A stretch of 63,597 nucleotides of DNA, counting the filler, from Pelomyxa schiedti (Eukaryota; Protista; Evosea): NCBI GenBank assembly GCA_020536535.1. It is 14 parts of 14 records of this genome, joined end to end, with 100 filler letters (N's around TTAATTAATTAA, not from the genome) between each part and the next. Parts side by side here need not be neighbours in the genome. Positions count along the whole stretch, not along the records: positions 36,722 to 53,592 come from JAHLWZ010001138.1; 13 more parts are not named here. One strand, 5' to 3'. A model generated the notes under the pieces. The model saw only the letters and a program-made list of their open reading frames with translations, was not told the origin of the DNA and did no database searches. Every line of letters starts with the position of its first letter. The first letter of the stretch is position 1. The translations under genes were made by a program, and so were the position numbers. Shown here piece by piece: positions 36,791 through 48,673 of this stretch.

Positions 36791-37271
36791 AGCCCCCCGT
36801 CATGACGGGAAAAGGACTTGACAGATAGACAACGCAGAAACGTACAACGTTTCAAAACTGAACTTCAATATTTGTAAGTTCGTTTTTTTTTTTTTCTTTC
36901 TTTTGTGTTGGTTAGTAAATACACTCACGTTTGGGATTCAGCAAACCAACAGTCATCGAAGTGAGCGGACTGACAATTGGGGCAGTGTTCTACGACGACG
37001 AAGGAATTGAGCTCAAGACCATCCAAATGGACACTTTCGATGTCGGCGATATGATCTACACTTACACGAGTAACGGATTCGTATATTGTCCTCCTGGGGT
37101 ACTTCTGTTTTGTTCTCTGCTTTTTTTTTTTGTTGTTGAATCATTTCACTAACATCCTGGCAGGTGGATTGCCCTGATGTTCCAGACAAATTCCTCGAGG
37201 AGGAGCCCGAAGAAGAACCCATCGATGTTGCTCCACCCGTCCCCGCCGACGAGAAAAAGGAGGAGCTGTGA
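36791..37271 (+). CDS. Candidate ER selenoprotein, SelM/Sep15-like thioredoxin fold (Sec TGA 36803-36805); first exon missing at the scaffold edge
   Basis: Exons 36791-36873, 36942-37098, 37164-37271 give SPPS(U)REKDLTDRQRRNVQRFKTELQYFKPTVIEVSGLTIGAVFYDDEGIELKTIQMDTFDVGDMIYTYTSNGFVYCPPGVDCP...KKEEL*; TGA aligns with the paralog Cys. Confidence 0.8.
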
Positions 37272-37372
37272 CACAACATGTAGTTGTGTCCTGAGGCTGA
37301 GACCTGTGTGCAGTGCCGCGATTCAGTGAGGTTTGCCAAAGTATATGAAGATGAGTGGGTGGGAGTTTTGGC

Positions 37373-37473
37373 CACAGCAATTGAGTGCAATGTGACGAGC
37401 TGCTGACATCAACACATTTCTGTGGTGACAACAGTACTCTGATGTAAAAGCGGTGCAAAGAACCTTGCTGGTG
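37373..37473 (+). promoter_or_regulatory. Putative type-II SECIS element
   Basis: G-TGAC (37392-37396) and TGAT (37440-37443) core, imperfect helix II, AA at 37411-37412, CACA-tttc-TGTG apical mini-stem, CACAGCAA/TTGCTGGTG lower stem. Confidence 0.7.
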
Positions 37474-37662
37474 CCTCTATGCGTTGCAGGCAACATAAGA
37501 ACATACACCGCGTGCACCCAATTACCAAACACCAATATTCCTTCATTCACTCTCCCATAGTCACTGAAAGTTACCTCACAATCACGCCACTGTACCCACA
37601 GGATAAGGAAAAAAGGAAAAAAGGAAAAAAGGAAAAAAGGAAAAAAACCCAATAGACAAAAC

Positions 37663-40532
37663 TTATGCTAGTTTGAATCTCTTTGGAAGTAACCTTCTCA
37701 ACAGAAATACGGAAACTATAAGACCAGCAAGGGCAAGGCAACCCAGTATGAGAAATACCCACTCTCTGACAGGATCGTCCACTAGGAATATTTGCATGTA
37801 CAGTCCACCCCAGCTATTGTAGTTGAATTAGGAGGTTTTAGGGGGTTATAATTATTATGCGGAATGAAATTAACTACTGCCGGGGAAAAAGAGTTGACTT
37901 ACTCTGCTTCTGCCCATGTTGGCTCTGATAAGTTAACAATTTTCCATTCTGAGGAGCCGGTGTCATACTCAAAAGCGGGGCTAATAGCATCATGATAGAA
38001 TACTGATGCTTGCATGCAACGGGGTCCAGTTGGGTCCCCCGCACATGTCCATCCCTGTGCGGTTGTGTGGGAATGTATTGTGGGATTGGGGGTAGAGTGG
38101 AGATAGCGACTTACATAGGGACACTGGCTCTGTTCAGTACAGTTTTGTCCGATCAGGGAAGCAGTTTGCCAGTAGAGAAGGTTGAATATGAAAGTTACTG
38201 GCAAGCTGATAAAGTAAGATGTGGCTGAGTAACCAAAAACGCCAACATAGTAGGATGGTGTTGCACTCCCGGATAGTGTTCCTGTCAAAGTTCTTAGTAT
38301 TATTCGAGTGTGCCGGAATAGCAATTACCGAGAAGGGATTGAATGAGCGGGCATTTCCAATCTACAGTGAGACATTGCCACAGTTGTGCAACCTAGTTTG
38401 CTGTTAAAATCTGCTCCTATATTGTTCTGGTACCAGTTCGCAATCAGCATTGATAGAATCAAGAAGAGCAGCAGGTGGCTCTGCCCCATTTGTGTTGTTC
38501 CAGGCTATTGTAAACAGTGCTCGTGATACACTCGTTGCTATGCTGCACAGTAGGCTGGAGTAAGCCGTCGTTGTATTTGTGGTGTTCGAGGTTGTGTTTG
38601 TTGTATAATTGGTGACTACAGAGATATCAGTGAGGTTGTAGAAATCACTCCTATCAAATTGGGAGTGATAGTAAGTAGTGGCGAAAGCGGAAGAGTGATC
38701 GGCCAGTATCACAGTGGGGAGTGCCGGGTTTTGTTGAAGGAAAGGAGTGGCAGGAGTTGGGGGAACTTGATTTCCAGTAGGTGAGTTGAGACCTACAGCT
38801 GTGAAAGTGTAGTTGTCCTAATGGGATCGGGTGAACCCCATAAAGGAGTTGTAGCACACGTACATTACTTTGGGAGGATAGTATGTTAATTATTCGATTA
38901 GTGTCATCTTGATTGTCTGTCTGATACAACCATATATTTGGTTTGTCTGATTATGTTAAATAATGCCGCACTCACATGGAGCGACACCTTGTGTTAGAGA
39001 CTGGCCTATCTGTCCAATATCTATAACCATTTTGATGTTGTCTAACTTAATTTTTGTGAACTCAGTGGATACAGCGAAGGGATCATTGCATTGGCCATAT
39101 ATTTCATTGTCATACTGTTGGCACTGCAATGCTTAAATTAAAAATGTGTGTCAAGAGGAAAAACCTCGAAGTTTTGCAAATCGTGAACAAGTTTCCTGGA
39201 CCCAAGGTATCCATAGGTCTCGCCATTAAAGATTGCGAAGACAATATCATATGGAAGATTCGACAGCTCAGCCTAAATGCATTACTCGGAGGTATGCATA
39301 ACGCAATGCACCTTGACTTGTTTCAATGCTAGCTCGGCGGACACAAGTGCTATAACGCCTGCGATATTACCCATCCCAGGGGCATGATTGTGGAACATAG
39401 ATGTACTATCAATGGTCGAAGTCTTGTGAAACTTTAGGTTGGTAGAAGTCGAAGATGGCATACAACTAGGATGATTGGTTTCGGTGCTTTCGAGGAGAGG
39501 GGTTCAAGTGTACTCCATATACTTTTTCCTCCGAGGGGAAGGCAAAGTCCTGTGCGATTTCAAGGGGAGAGACAAGTTACTGGACCGTACCTCTCCTCAG
39601 GCATGTGATAGTGTCATCAGCCCCGTACATGAAAGTGGAGATCCCTGCGCCCCACTTTGGGTATTTGTCATTATCCCTGTTATATTTCGCCACCTGGAAG
39701 GCTCAATAGGGGAAAAAAAGAGCTGCCATACACTACGTATAGACTCAGCACTAGAAGAGCTCAGAAACCACATTGGAAAATTGAAGCTCTGGAAAATTAA
39801 GCTGTCTCCCTGGAGCCAATGAGATAAGACAAATCTGGAAAGGGATACCAACGGATTCCACTCATATGAAGACCAAGTGTTCCATTTTGAATTAGGAACT
39901 GTTTCGTCGGAACTGCTGCCTTTAAAGAAACAAAGGTAAACGGAATAAACTTGATACTTTAAGTACCAGCAGGTGGAGGTGGGCCCTCGAGTACAATAAT
40001 ACCCGTAAGGTCACCTCTTTTTAGTGTATCTATTGTATCCCTACGGTAAGGAAATGAGAAAAAAAAAGAAGAACCGAAAAGAAAAAAGTGGCCAATACCG
40101 AAAAAACAAAGTAGAGTCTAGAACCACAATTCCATTCCCTCCATTTGCGAATCTATCCACATCTTCCTGCGATTCAACCAAAAATAGTTCCCCCGAGACC
40201 TGCCTCCTCCCCTCTGGTTTTTTTTTAAAAATTATATTTTTGTTCCGTCTTAAATCCCCTGCACCCAGACATGCAAAAAAAGAAAACCGAAACAACCCAT
40301 AATGAAAACAAAGGGGAGCAGGCTCACCGGTGGTGCAACCGTATTGCCCATCTTTGTCCATGATTAGCACGCAGGGGTCGCCATTCCACCCCGTGTATAT
40401 CAGGTCATGCACGTCCTCAGTCGTGGTGTCCTTGGTCCCAATGGCCCCCTCAACCACTGCTCCCATAATAGCCAGCATCACACCCACAACACCAACGGCA
40501 GTGCACACCGCCCGGTACGGCCACAGCACCAT
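37663..40532 (-). CDS. NCSTN: Nicastrin (gamma-secretase subunit), many introns
   Basis: Signal peptide; LIY...PCVLIMDKDGQYGC; WNPL-GDSLIFQSFNFPMWFL; QLPPTP; YYHSQFD; YHDAISPAFE; PTWAEA-xW...IFLV then a single TM helix and short basic tail. Confidence 0.9.
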
Positions 40533-40823
40533 CCCTCAAATTTGTGTGGCTCGTTACAATCAACTGGCCAAAACTGCGAAAGGTTGAACGAGATGCTGGG
40601 AGCTCGGCTCTATAAAGAGTCATAGAGTGGAGACTGAAGGATCTCCATTGGTCATCAGTTTTCCAGTGCTGGGAAAAGTTCCACGGTTCTCTGTGCCGGA
40701 AACCGATAAAAAGCCACGTCGACGCATCATGCACAACAACCACTTCCCCAATTCCATGGGAAAATTCCCTTTTTTACCTTGCGAGACACACGAACAATCA
40801 AAAGGCACAATCAGTGCAACGCA

Positions 40824-41488
40824 ATGGCAAATGTACTACGGGTTGTTGTCTGTGCTGTAGTGGTGATGGGGCTCTTGTGTTCAGAGGCGCAGGCGGATTT
40901 GGTGGACAAAATAGCCTACGGTGTTTTTAAGGTGCGCCAAGTAGTCTTTCTTTTGGGGCCACGCGAGGTTTTTGGTTTAACTTGGATTTTTTTGTATGCA
41001 GACTCCACCGCCATGCCGTATACATGACTTGAGTCCAAGACTGCTGAAAGCAGTGCAACGATTCGGCAGTGAGATTAAGTACTTGTATGAATGCCCCTTT
41101 TCCCTTTCTTCTCCACGTGATACTTATTGACTGACACATTCAAGCAAACCGACAATCATCGAGGTGAGCGGACTGACAGTTGCAGCAATGTTCTATGACG
41201 ACGAAGGAATTGAGCTCAAGACCATTCAAATGGACACATTTGATGTAGGTGACATGATCTACACTTACACTAGCCACGGATTCGTTTATTGTCCTCCTGG
41301 AGTGGTGTGCCCCCAGCCCATTTCATTACTGTTACTCGTGCATTGTAAGCCAACCTTCTGTTTTCCAAAAAAAAAAACAGGTGGACTGCCCTGAACCAAT
41401 CCACGTCAGTCCCCGTTGGAATGATCTACCAGAAGAAGCCAATGAACCGGCGGCGGAAGAGGCAACTGATGACAAGCACGAGCTATAA
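40824..41488 (+). CDS. Cys-containing paralog of the SelM/Sep15-like ER protein
   Basis: Four exons: signal peptide MANVLRVVVCAVVVMGLLCSEAQA, GVFKTPPPCRIHDL..., core near-identical to 36942-37098, C-terminal KHEL. Confidence 0.85.
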
Positions 41489-41661
41489 CACCCAAGATTT
41501 CGAAAAGAAACAGTTCCCTAAGCGAAGCTTCACTTAATCCACATCGAGAGCACTGTGAGAATTTATTTATTTTCAACTTTTCCTTGGTGGGGCTTTCGGG
41601 GTACAGAATTAAATTAATCTCAACGCGTACGCGTACCGGTTGGATAACGCACCACAGCGCG

Positions 41662-44600
41662 ATGTCATCTACAGCAGCAGCAGCCAACACACGACGCCAA
41701 AACAAAAACGCAGCGGATGGGAGTAGCTCGTCGGCTGGAAGAGGCGCGGGTGGCCACGCAGCGGGGGGGGTGGGCATGGAGATGGAGATGGAGATGTGGA
41801 CGTGGGGGTCCAACGGCAGCGGGGAGCTGGCCCGCTCCCTGTGCTTCACTGCATCATCATCATCATCGGGCGACACGGACACGGACAGCGCAGGAGCAGG
41901 GAGCGGGCCCCGGTCGTCGTCGTCGGCGGCGGCGGCGGAACAACTGGGGGGGTCAAGGACTGATGATGGTGGCTCCAAGGGCGATACTACACTGGTTCGT
42001 GGAAAATGTGTCTGTGTGCCTGTGTGCCTGTGTGCGTGTGCGTGTGCGTGTGCTTGTGTGTGTTGATAATTACTATTATTATTATTGACATACAGTATTG
42101 GATGTGCTGAAACATAACACACCCCCACATTAACATCCTCATCATCATCTGAATTGAACGCGTGCACTACCCCCACAAGAACATTTATATGTGTCCCGTT
42201 TGTGATGGGCACTTAGGGGACAAGGATTGCAAAGCCGGGTTACGTTAGCCTTGGGAATGGCGTGTTTGCGCAGTCAGTGTGCTGCGGGCAAGGTCACACT
42301 GTGGCTCTGGATACTGTGGGCCGAGTGTGGGCATGGGGTGCAAATGAATTTGGTCAGCTTGGGCTCGGCACAAGGGTTCTTTACCTTCGCCATGCATTTT
42401 TGTACAATAACTTTTGCTTAAAAGATTGCTCAGAGTGAACCTCAGCCTGTTGACTCTTTAGAGCAGACCGTGAAGATGATTGGGTGTGGGTTTCGTCACA
42501 CGGTAGCACTGACCCATACGGCTCAAGTATACACATGGGGTGAGGGTGCATATGGGAAACTTGGCTTGGGAACTTTTCCTACTTGCATGGTAAATATATT
42601 TTTTCCTCCTTTGACTTTCATTTCTCAATGTAACTACAACTACAGCCTTCTCCAATGTGCGTTGAAACACTGCCAAGAGTGAAGGAAATCTTTGTTGGTG
42701 CCCACCAGAACGCCTGTGTTGATGAAGATAATGGTGTCTACACATGGGGGTGGAATGGAAATGGTCAACTTGCTCACGGGTACCTTCCATTTATCCATTT
42801 TTGTCATTTGTCAATCTTTCAAGGTTCATGACAGATCCTCTCTCTGGCTTACCTACCCCCACTCGGATAGGAGACATTAACAAGCGGGTTGTGGACCACA
42901 TTGACAGAAGCATGGAAGGTATTCGTTTTCAGATCCGATCTATTAAATCAATTGCACTTACGAGTAATGAAGGAACTAAGATGGGAGAGCAATGGGATAG
43001 ATTTATCGCCATCTTCAAAGATGTAGTGGATGGCGAGACTGATAAACTAGCCAAAGAACTTCTAAGAGTCCATTTTCAACGGAGTGAAAACTATACTAAG
43101 AAAGAAGAACAAGTGAAGGTGTGCAATGCAGATTTCGATAGTTCTTTTTCTAACCTCATTAGATGATCAAAGATGTAGTTAGACTGGGAGCTCATGATGA
43201 ATTGTCCTCACGTCTCCTAGAACTCCTTGTTAAGACATTCCACGTTCACAAATACTATCAGAAAGTTCAGCACGAAAAAAGTGCTTCTGATGTACTGTTT
43301 ATTGCTCGTTTTGCTGTTCTTGATTGAATCAAAAGCTCATCTTCAGCCAAATTGCAATTGGAGAGAGACACATGGCAGCCATCACCCCAGAGGGAGAGCT
43401 GTATTCCTGGGGGTAATAACCATGATATCTACTTGGACTTAAAACCTCCTAGATGCAATCTGAGTGGGCAATTGGGAAGAGCAACAGAACACGCAGACTC
43501 GCCACTGCCTGCGCAAGTCGATTTACATGGCGTGACTTTTGTCAGTATATCTTGATTTGTCCCCTTCCCTCATTTAAATTGTAGGTATCATGTGGACTCG
43601 CTCACACAGCCGCTGTGCAAGGAGGTAGCGTTTTTTCTTGGGGACATAACGAGGCAAAAAGATTGGGCTATGAATCACCGGTAACCAATTTATTTTCTCT
43701 CTGTTTAGTAACTTGTGCAGGCCACACAACAAAAGACACCAAAAGCAGTTATTATACCTCTGCCTGCATCACAAAGCATCACGTCCGTTTCCTGTGGCGA
43801 ATTTCACACAATGGCTGTTACAAATACAGGAAGAGTTTGGGCCTGGTGACATCTTTTGGAAAGACTTCCAATTGGCTTAATTCTTTGTCTTCAGGGGCTA
43901 TAACAACTATGGACAACTTGGGAACCCCATCACTCCCGATGAAGTAATAAAACCTGTTGGTCACCCCCCAACAATGGTTGCCACTTTAGAGGATGTCCAA
44001 GGCATAATATGCGGAAATACTCATAACGTCGCTCTTCTGAGAAGCGCAAACCTCATATTTCAGTTATGCAGAGATAATAACCTCCAGGTACCAATTTTCC
44101 TTATGGTAACATCGAACTTATCAATATAGATGGTTCAAACAGTTTCGCAGGCTGTTGGGGCAGGGAGGAGGGACTCGACAGGGAAATCTCCCCTTCACCA
44201 CGCTGTGATATATGGTAATCTGGAAATTGCACAGTACCTGGTATGCCACGAAAATCTAGATGCTGCGGATAACCAAGGTGCAACTGCTTTGCATTGCAGT
44301 ATCGAGTCTCGTACTATGCCTTGCACCAAGTAGTTTCGCCTCTAGAAATGGTCTGAAATAATCTCACCTTTTACAAGACTTCTTGTCCAATCAGGATGTG
44401 CACTCAATATAGCAACAACTGTTCATAGTGACACGCCGTTGCATCTTGCAGCAAAGGCCCACTACTTCGATGTTGTACAGTTTTTAGTTATGGCAGGCGC
44501 GGCACCCAATCTTTCCGACTCTGAAGGGAAAACACCTCTGCAGTACTTGACCAGTGCTGAGTGTGCAAGTGTAAACTCTTTGATCGAAAGGTGGTTCTGT

Positions 44601-46048
44601 GCCCTTCTTTTCCTTTCTTAAAGTGTTCATAGTGCTGATATTGTTATCATATGTGCTCCTGCTGAGCAAACGTTCAGCAGCAATTTAGCAACAGTTGGTT
44701 AAGTAGCTTGTCATCTCTACTTACTTTTTAAAGGCTCTTCGAAACTACCGTTTCAAGGTGTGGGCTGACGACACTCCTCCTGGCTCAGATTCAGATCCTT
44801 CTTCAATTTCTTCTTCTGCAGTGGCACGAAGAATTACACGTGCCCGAGTGGTAATTTGGGTTGTATCCAATACTTCAGTTCTTTCTGAAAGATGCCGGCG
44901 GCACCTCCAAACTGCCACACAATTGTCCAAGCTCTTATTTCCCATCTGGTTTCACTATATAACCCATCTCCCACCTGATGTGGAACACCTGATTTTCAGG
45001 ACGCAGCTTGTCAACTTTAGTGGATCTGTATGTCCCTACTTGTATTACGCAAAAAAATTACCCAATGGCCTTTAGATTACCTTTAAAGAGGCACTAGCCA
45101 AACTTGTTGAAGGAATCCAAAATGCATTGGAAGGCCGAACAACAGTGAAAGTCGATACGGATGCCGAACCTACTCTTTCTCCTGAGGAGTTACAGCTAGA
45201 AACTTCCAAAATGGAAACTCTGATGTCAGGTTACTTACTGAGTGCCACTTCACACTCTCTCGGCTCAACACAAATCAGAAATTTCCTCCAAACCGTACAT
45301 TTTTATGTGCTACCATTGGTCAGACAAAACCAAAGTGCAATCACTCATGGATAGGCTTTCACAATACCATTTCTTATGCTACCCTGGTTCCAACAAAGTA
45401 CATGACGTAGCGGTGCGGAAAATCCACCCCCAACATCGTTATCCTAACTCTCTCATCTTTTCCCTGAACAGAGAATCAGTAGTGTAATTATTGGAAGCAG
45501 CATATTTGTGCTATGCCTTTCCCGCCGCTCCGTCAACAATCCCGACATCAGAAATCAACTCGCGCTGGCCGAAAACAAGAACATCATCATGGTACCTCCC
45601 TCTCCCAACATATCCCACTCCACTGAAACCAAACCAAATTCCGCATTCCGCATTTTCCGCATTCCACCTTATGCATTCCACCATTCCCGACCAGAACAAT
45701 TCCCATTCCACCCTCACCTGCATGTAGTTCCCGGTTCATTTTCAGAAGAAAATACCGGTTGATCCGGGCATGCAATACACCCTAGCGCGAGCACCCAGTT
45801 TCGTGTACAACAGGCAGTCGCCCGACTCACTGGGCACCCTCGTCGCACAGCTATCTGACGCCATCACACTCAGCACCAGGGTCCAGACATCCGAGGCCAG
45901 CGTGGTCACTCTCGGCGATGACATCACTGCAACGACAAACAAGGTGGCCGAGGCGAAACAAACACTGGCCAGGCTCAGGTCAATCCTCGCGGAGATGGAG
46001 AGAACCAAGAAGAAGAACGCAAAGGCACATGGCGTGGTGAATGACTGA
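41662..46048 (+). CDS. RCC1 repeats + ankyrin repeats + two TIR-like domains + coiled coil (TirA-like architecture)
   Basis: WTWGSNGSGELA, CGFRHTVAL, VYTWGEGAYGKLG; GKSPLHHAV, DTPLHLAA, GKTPL; TIR1 ~44632-45030 and TIR2 ~45295-45860 (YIFMCYHWSD...IFVLCLSRRSV). Confidence 0.8.
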
Positions 46049-46239
46049 CAAGAAGGAAGGGAACCCCAACCAGAAATGTTGAAAGAGAGCAACATAAGTG
46101 TAGCAAGAGAAGAAATTTTCCGGAAATGTTTGTTGGGAGCGTGGGAAGAGGAAGAGTGAGTGTTGTGTATGTGGTGAAGAGAAAGAAAAAGAGATAGGAG
46201 TGCACGAGCCAAAATGTTTCACAATTGACAACCTATCTT

Positions 46240-47162
46240 TTATAAGTAGTGTGGGTTCCTGGTCTTGGGGATGAGGAGCATTGTCCTTTGGAAACAGCGG
46301 ACCTTCTTGCCACCAATTGTGAGAACAATTTTGCCCCTGTTGGAAACATTAGTATATGGATTGCGGAGTTCAGAAGAGTGGTTTCCGTACTTGGAAGCAT
46401 AGCCGTAGCGGCCAGAAGTGAAAGCGGTGGGTCGGCAAGTCCAACCAGAGCCGCAAACTGAGAGTGACACGGGCCTTGATTTGGCAACCCATCTCTTGAT
46501 CTCAACAGCCAACTATTTGGTGTTTAAGTAACTGGATTTAGCATATTATCCGCTTGAGTATACAGGTTAAATCGATATGAACTTCGGAAAAGAAAGCAAA
46601 AAAAGGAGGGTGTGGGTCTCACCTTTCTCAATTTGGGAGCGGGGGCCTTGGCCTTGGTGGCCTTCTTCACAACTTTCTTCTCTCCCTTGACAGTCTTCTT
46701 CACCACCTTCTTGGGTGCGGGCTTCTTCTCACCAGCCTTTTTGGGTGCTGGTTTCTTCTCGCCTGCCTTCTTTGGTGCAGCCTTCTTCTCACCGACTTTC
46801 TTGGCCGGTGCCTTCTTCTCAGCTGGCTTCTTCTCACCGGCCTTCTTTGGGGCAGCCGCCTTCTTCTCACCCGCCTTCTTTGGCGCCGCAGCCTTCTTCT
46901 CGGCTGGCTTCTTCTCACCCTCCTTCTTGGGAGCCACTTTCTTCTCACCCTCCTTCTTTGGCGCCGCTGCAGCCTTTTGCTTTTTCTCAGCAGCTGGCTT
47001 CTTCTCAGCGGCTGGTTTTTTTTCTGCTGCTGGCTTCCTCTCGGCAGCTGGTTTCTTCGCAGCGGCGGGTTTTTTTTCAGCAGCGGGGGCTGCGGCTGCG
47101 GGCTTTTTCTCGGCCGCTGGTTTTTCAGCAGCTGGCTTGGTTGTTGTTGGTTTAGCCGACAT
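46240..47162 (-). CDS. Histone-H1-like Ala/Lys/Pro-rich protein with a ~90-aa non-H1 C-terminal domain
   Basis: Exon 47162-46623 (PAAEKK, APKKAGEKK repeats), intron 46622-46513, exon 46512-46240 in frame. Confidence 0.8.
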
Positions 47163-47401
47163 GGTGGATCTGTCTAGTCACAAAAAAACGCGTGCTGGTG
47201 TCGCACTTCCGGTACCGCGTCGCGCAGCGATGAACGAGAAAAAAAAGATCTTTCCTTTCTGTTGTTGCTTCTCGATTTTTGTCGTCTCTACGTAATTTCT
47301 GTCAATTGCATCACTCCCACTTCTTTCCCGTTTCTATTCTATCGTTCAATTCCCCTTCCGTGAAACCGAACCAGTACTGGTATTGCAATTTCGCGCCTTT
47401 G

Positions 47402-48645
47402 ATGGTGCGGTGCGCAACACCTCCCTCCCTGCCCCCCTTCTATACCCTAATCCTCTTCCCCACTATATGTTCCCAAAATTCTCACCCTCGATTCCAGGGT
47501 AAAGTTACACGCAGCAGAACAAAGTACCACGCCCCGGCCGCCAGGCTCCCCCAAGACCACGACGGCTACGACTCCTCGGGCAACGACGACAACGACGATG
47601 ATCCGGCGCGGGCCCAGGCGGACTACATCTCAGTGGTGGGGGGGCGGCTGGCGGGCCCCAGGCACCCGGCTCCTGTCGCGGAGCCAGGGCGGCTGCCGCC
47701 CCCGCCCGCGCCCCCGGGGTCGCTGTACGGCGGGGACGGCGGGCCCCTCGACGCGGACGCGTTCGCCAAGCGGCACGGCGGGGGCGAGGCCGGCCTCATG
47801 GCCTTCATCAACGAGAGGGAGCAGCTGCTCAAGAGGCAGCAGAAGCTCACAAAGAGAATGTCCGCTGCCGCCGCAAAGTCAAAGCCAAGCAGGGCACGCG
47901 GCGTGACGTCATCATCATCGTCATCGCAACTGCAGGAGGGTGGTGGCGATGATGAATCGAGGAGCGGAGGGAGGCATTCTAATAAGCAGGCTAGGAAGGC
48001 TGCTCGTAACGAACGCAGGCTCAACTTTTTGGCAAGTGAGTATTCCTATGCCTAGTGTTAAGTGACTGCGAGAATTCTAAGCTTTTATCTGTCTTGGACC
48101 TGAAATACTGGATTACCACTAAAAGCCATTTGAACAGAGTTGGAGGCATCAAAGGGCGTGCAGCAAGAAGAGGAAAGTGCAGAGGAAGATGAAGAAAGCG
48201 AAGATGTTAGTGATGATGATGAACAAAACACAGTCACAACAACCACACAAACCCCTGCTGTTGCACGGCCGGGGAAGGCAAAGAAACCCACCTCACAGCG
48301 AGGAGCAAAAGCGAACACAAAATCAAGCAAACTCAAACTCAAACCCAAGTCCAAGTTCAGCTCAAAGAAGCAGAACACAATAGCGTATGCAACAGTTGCT
48401 TTTTTTCAAATACCGAATTTTAAATTAATGCAAATTGATAATTGATTTAAATATTGATAATTTAAATGTAGAAAGAGGGAAGTAAAAGCAGTCAAGAGTG
48501 TTATGGCCTCTGCAAGCTTTCAATCTGACCCGATTCAGACAGCTCAGGTTTCGTTAACCTTAAAAACTATTTGACTGCCTAACCTCCCAACTAGGAACAT
48601 ATTATGCAATTTTTATCTGAGCAAGGAGCCGGAAGAAGGCATTGA
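47402..48645 (+). CDS. SLX9: SLX9/FAM207A-like ribosome biogenesis factor
   Basis: ATG-only first coding exon then GKVTRSRTKYH; C-terminal REVKAVKSVMASASFQSDPIQTAQEHI fits the SLX9 terminal motif. Confidence 0.7.
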
Positions 48646-48673
48646 GAAACTGTGGTTTTTTTGTGAACTAAAG

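Noticed and set aside
46240-47162. Ribosomal protein (eL6/eL22/uL23) with H1-like extension
   Set aside because: The C-terminal 90 aa match no ribosomal protein motif I recognise
46612-47295. Hydrophobic F/A/G-rich membrane ORF
   Set aside because: Antisense shadow of the Lys/Ala/Pro repeats
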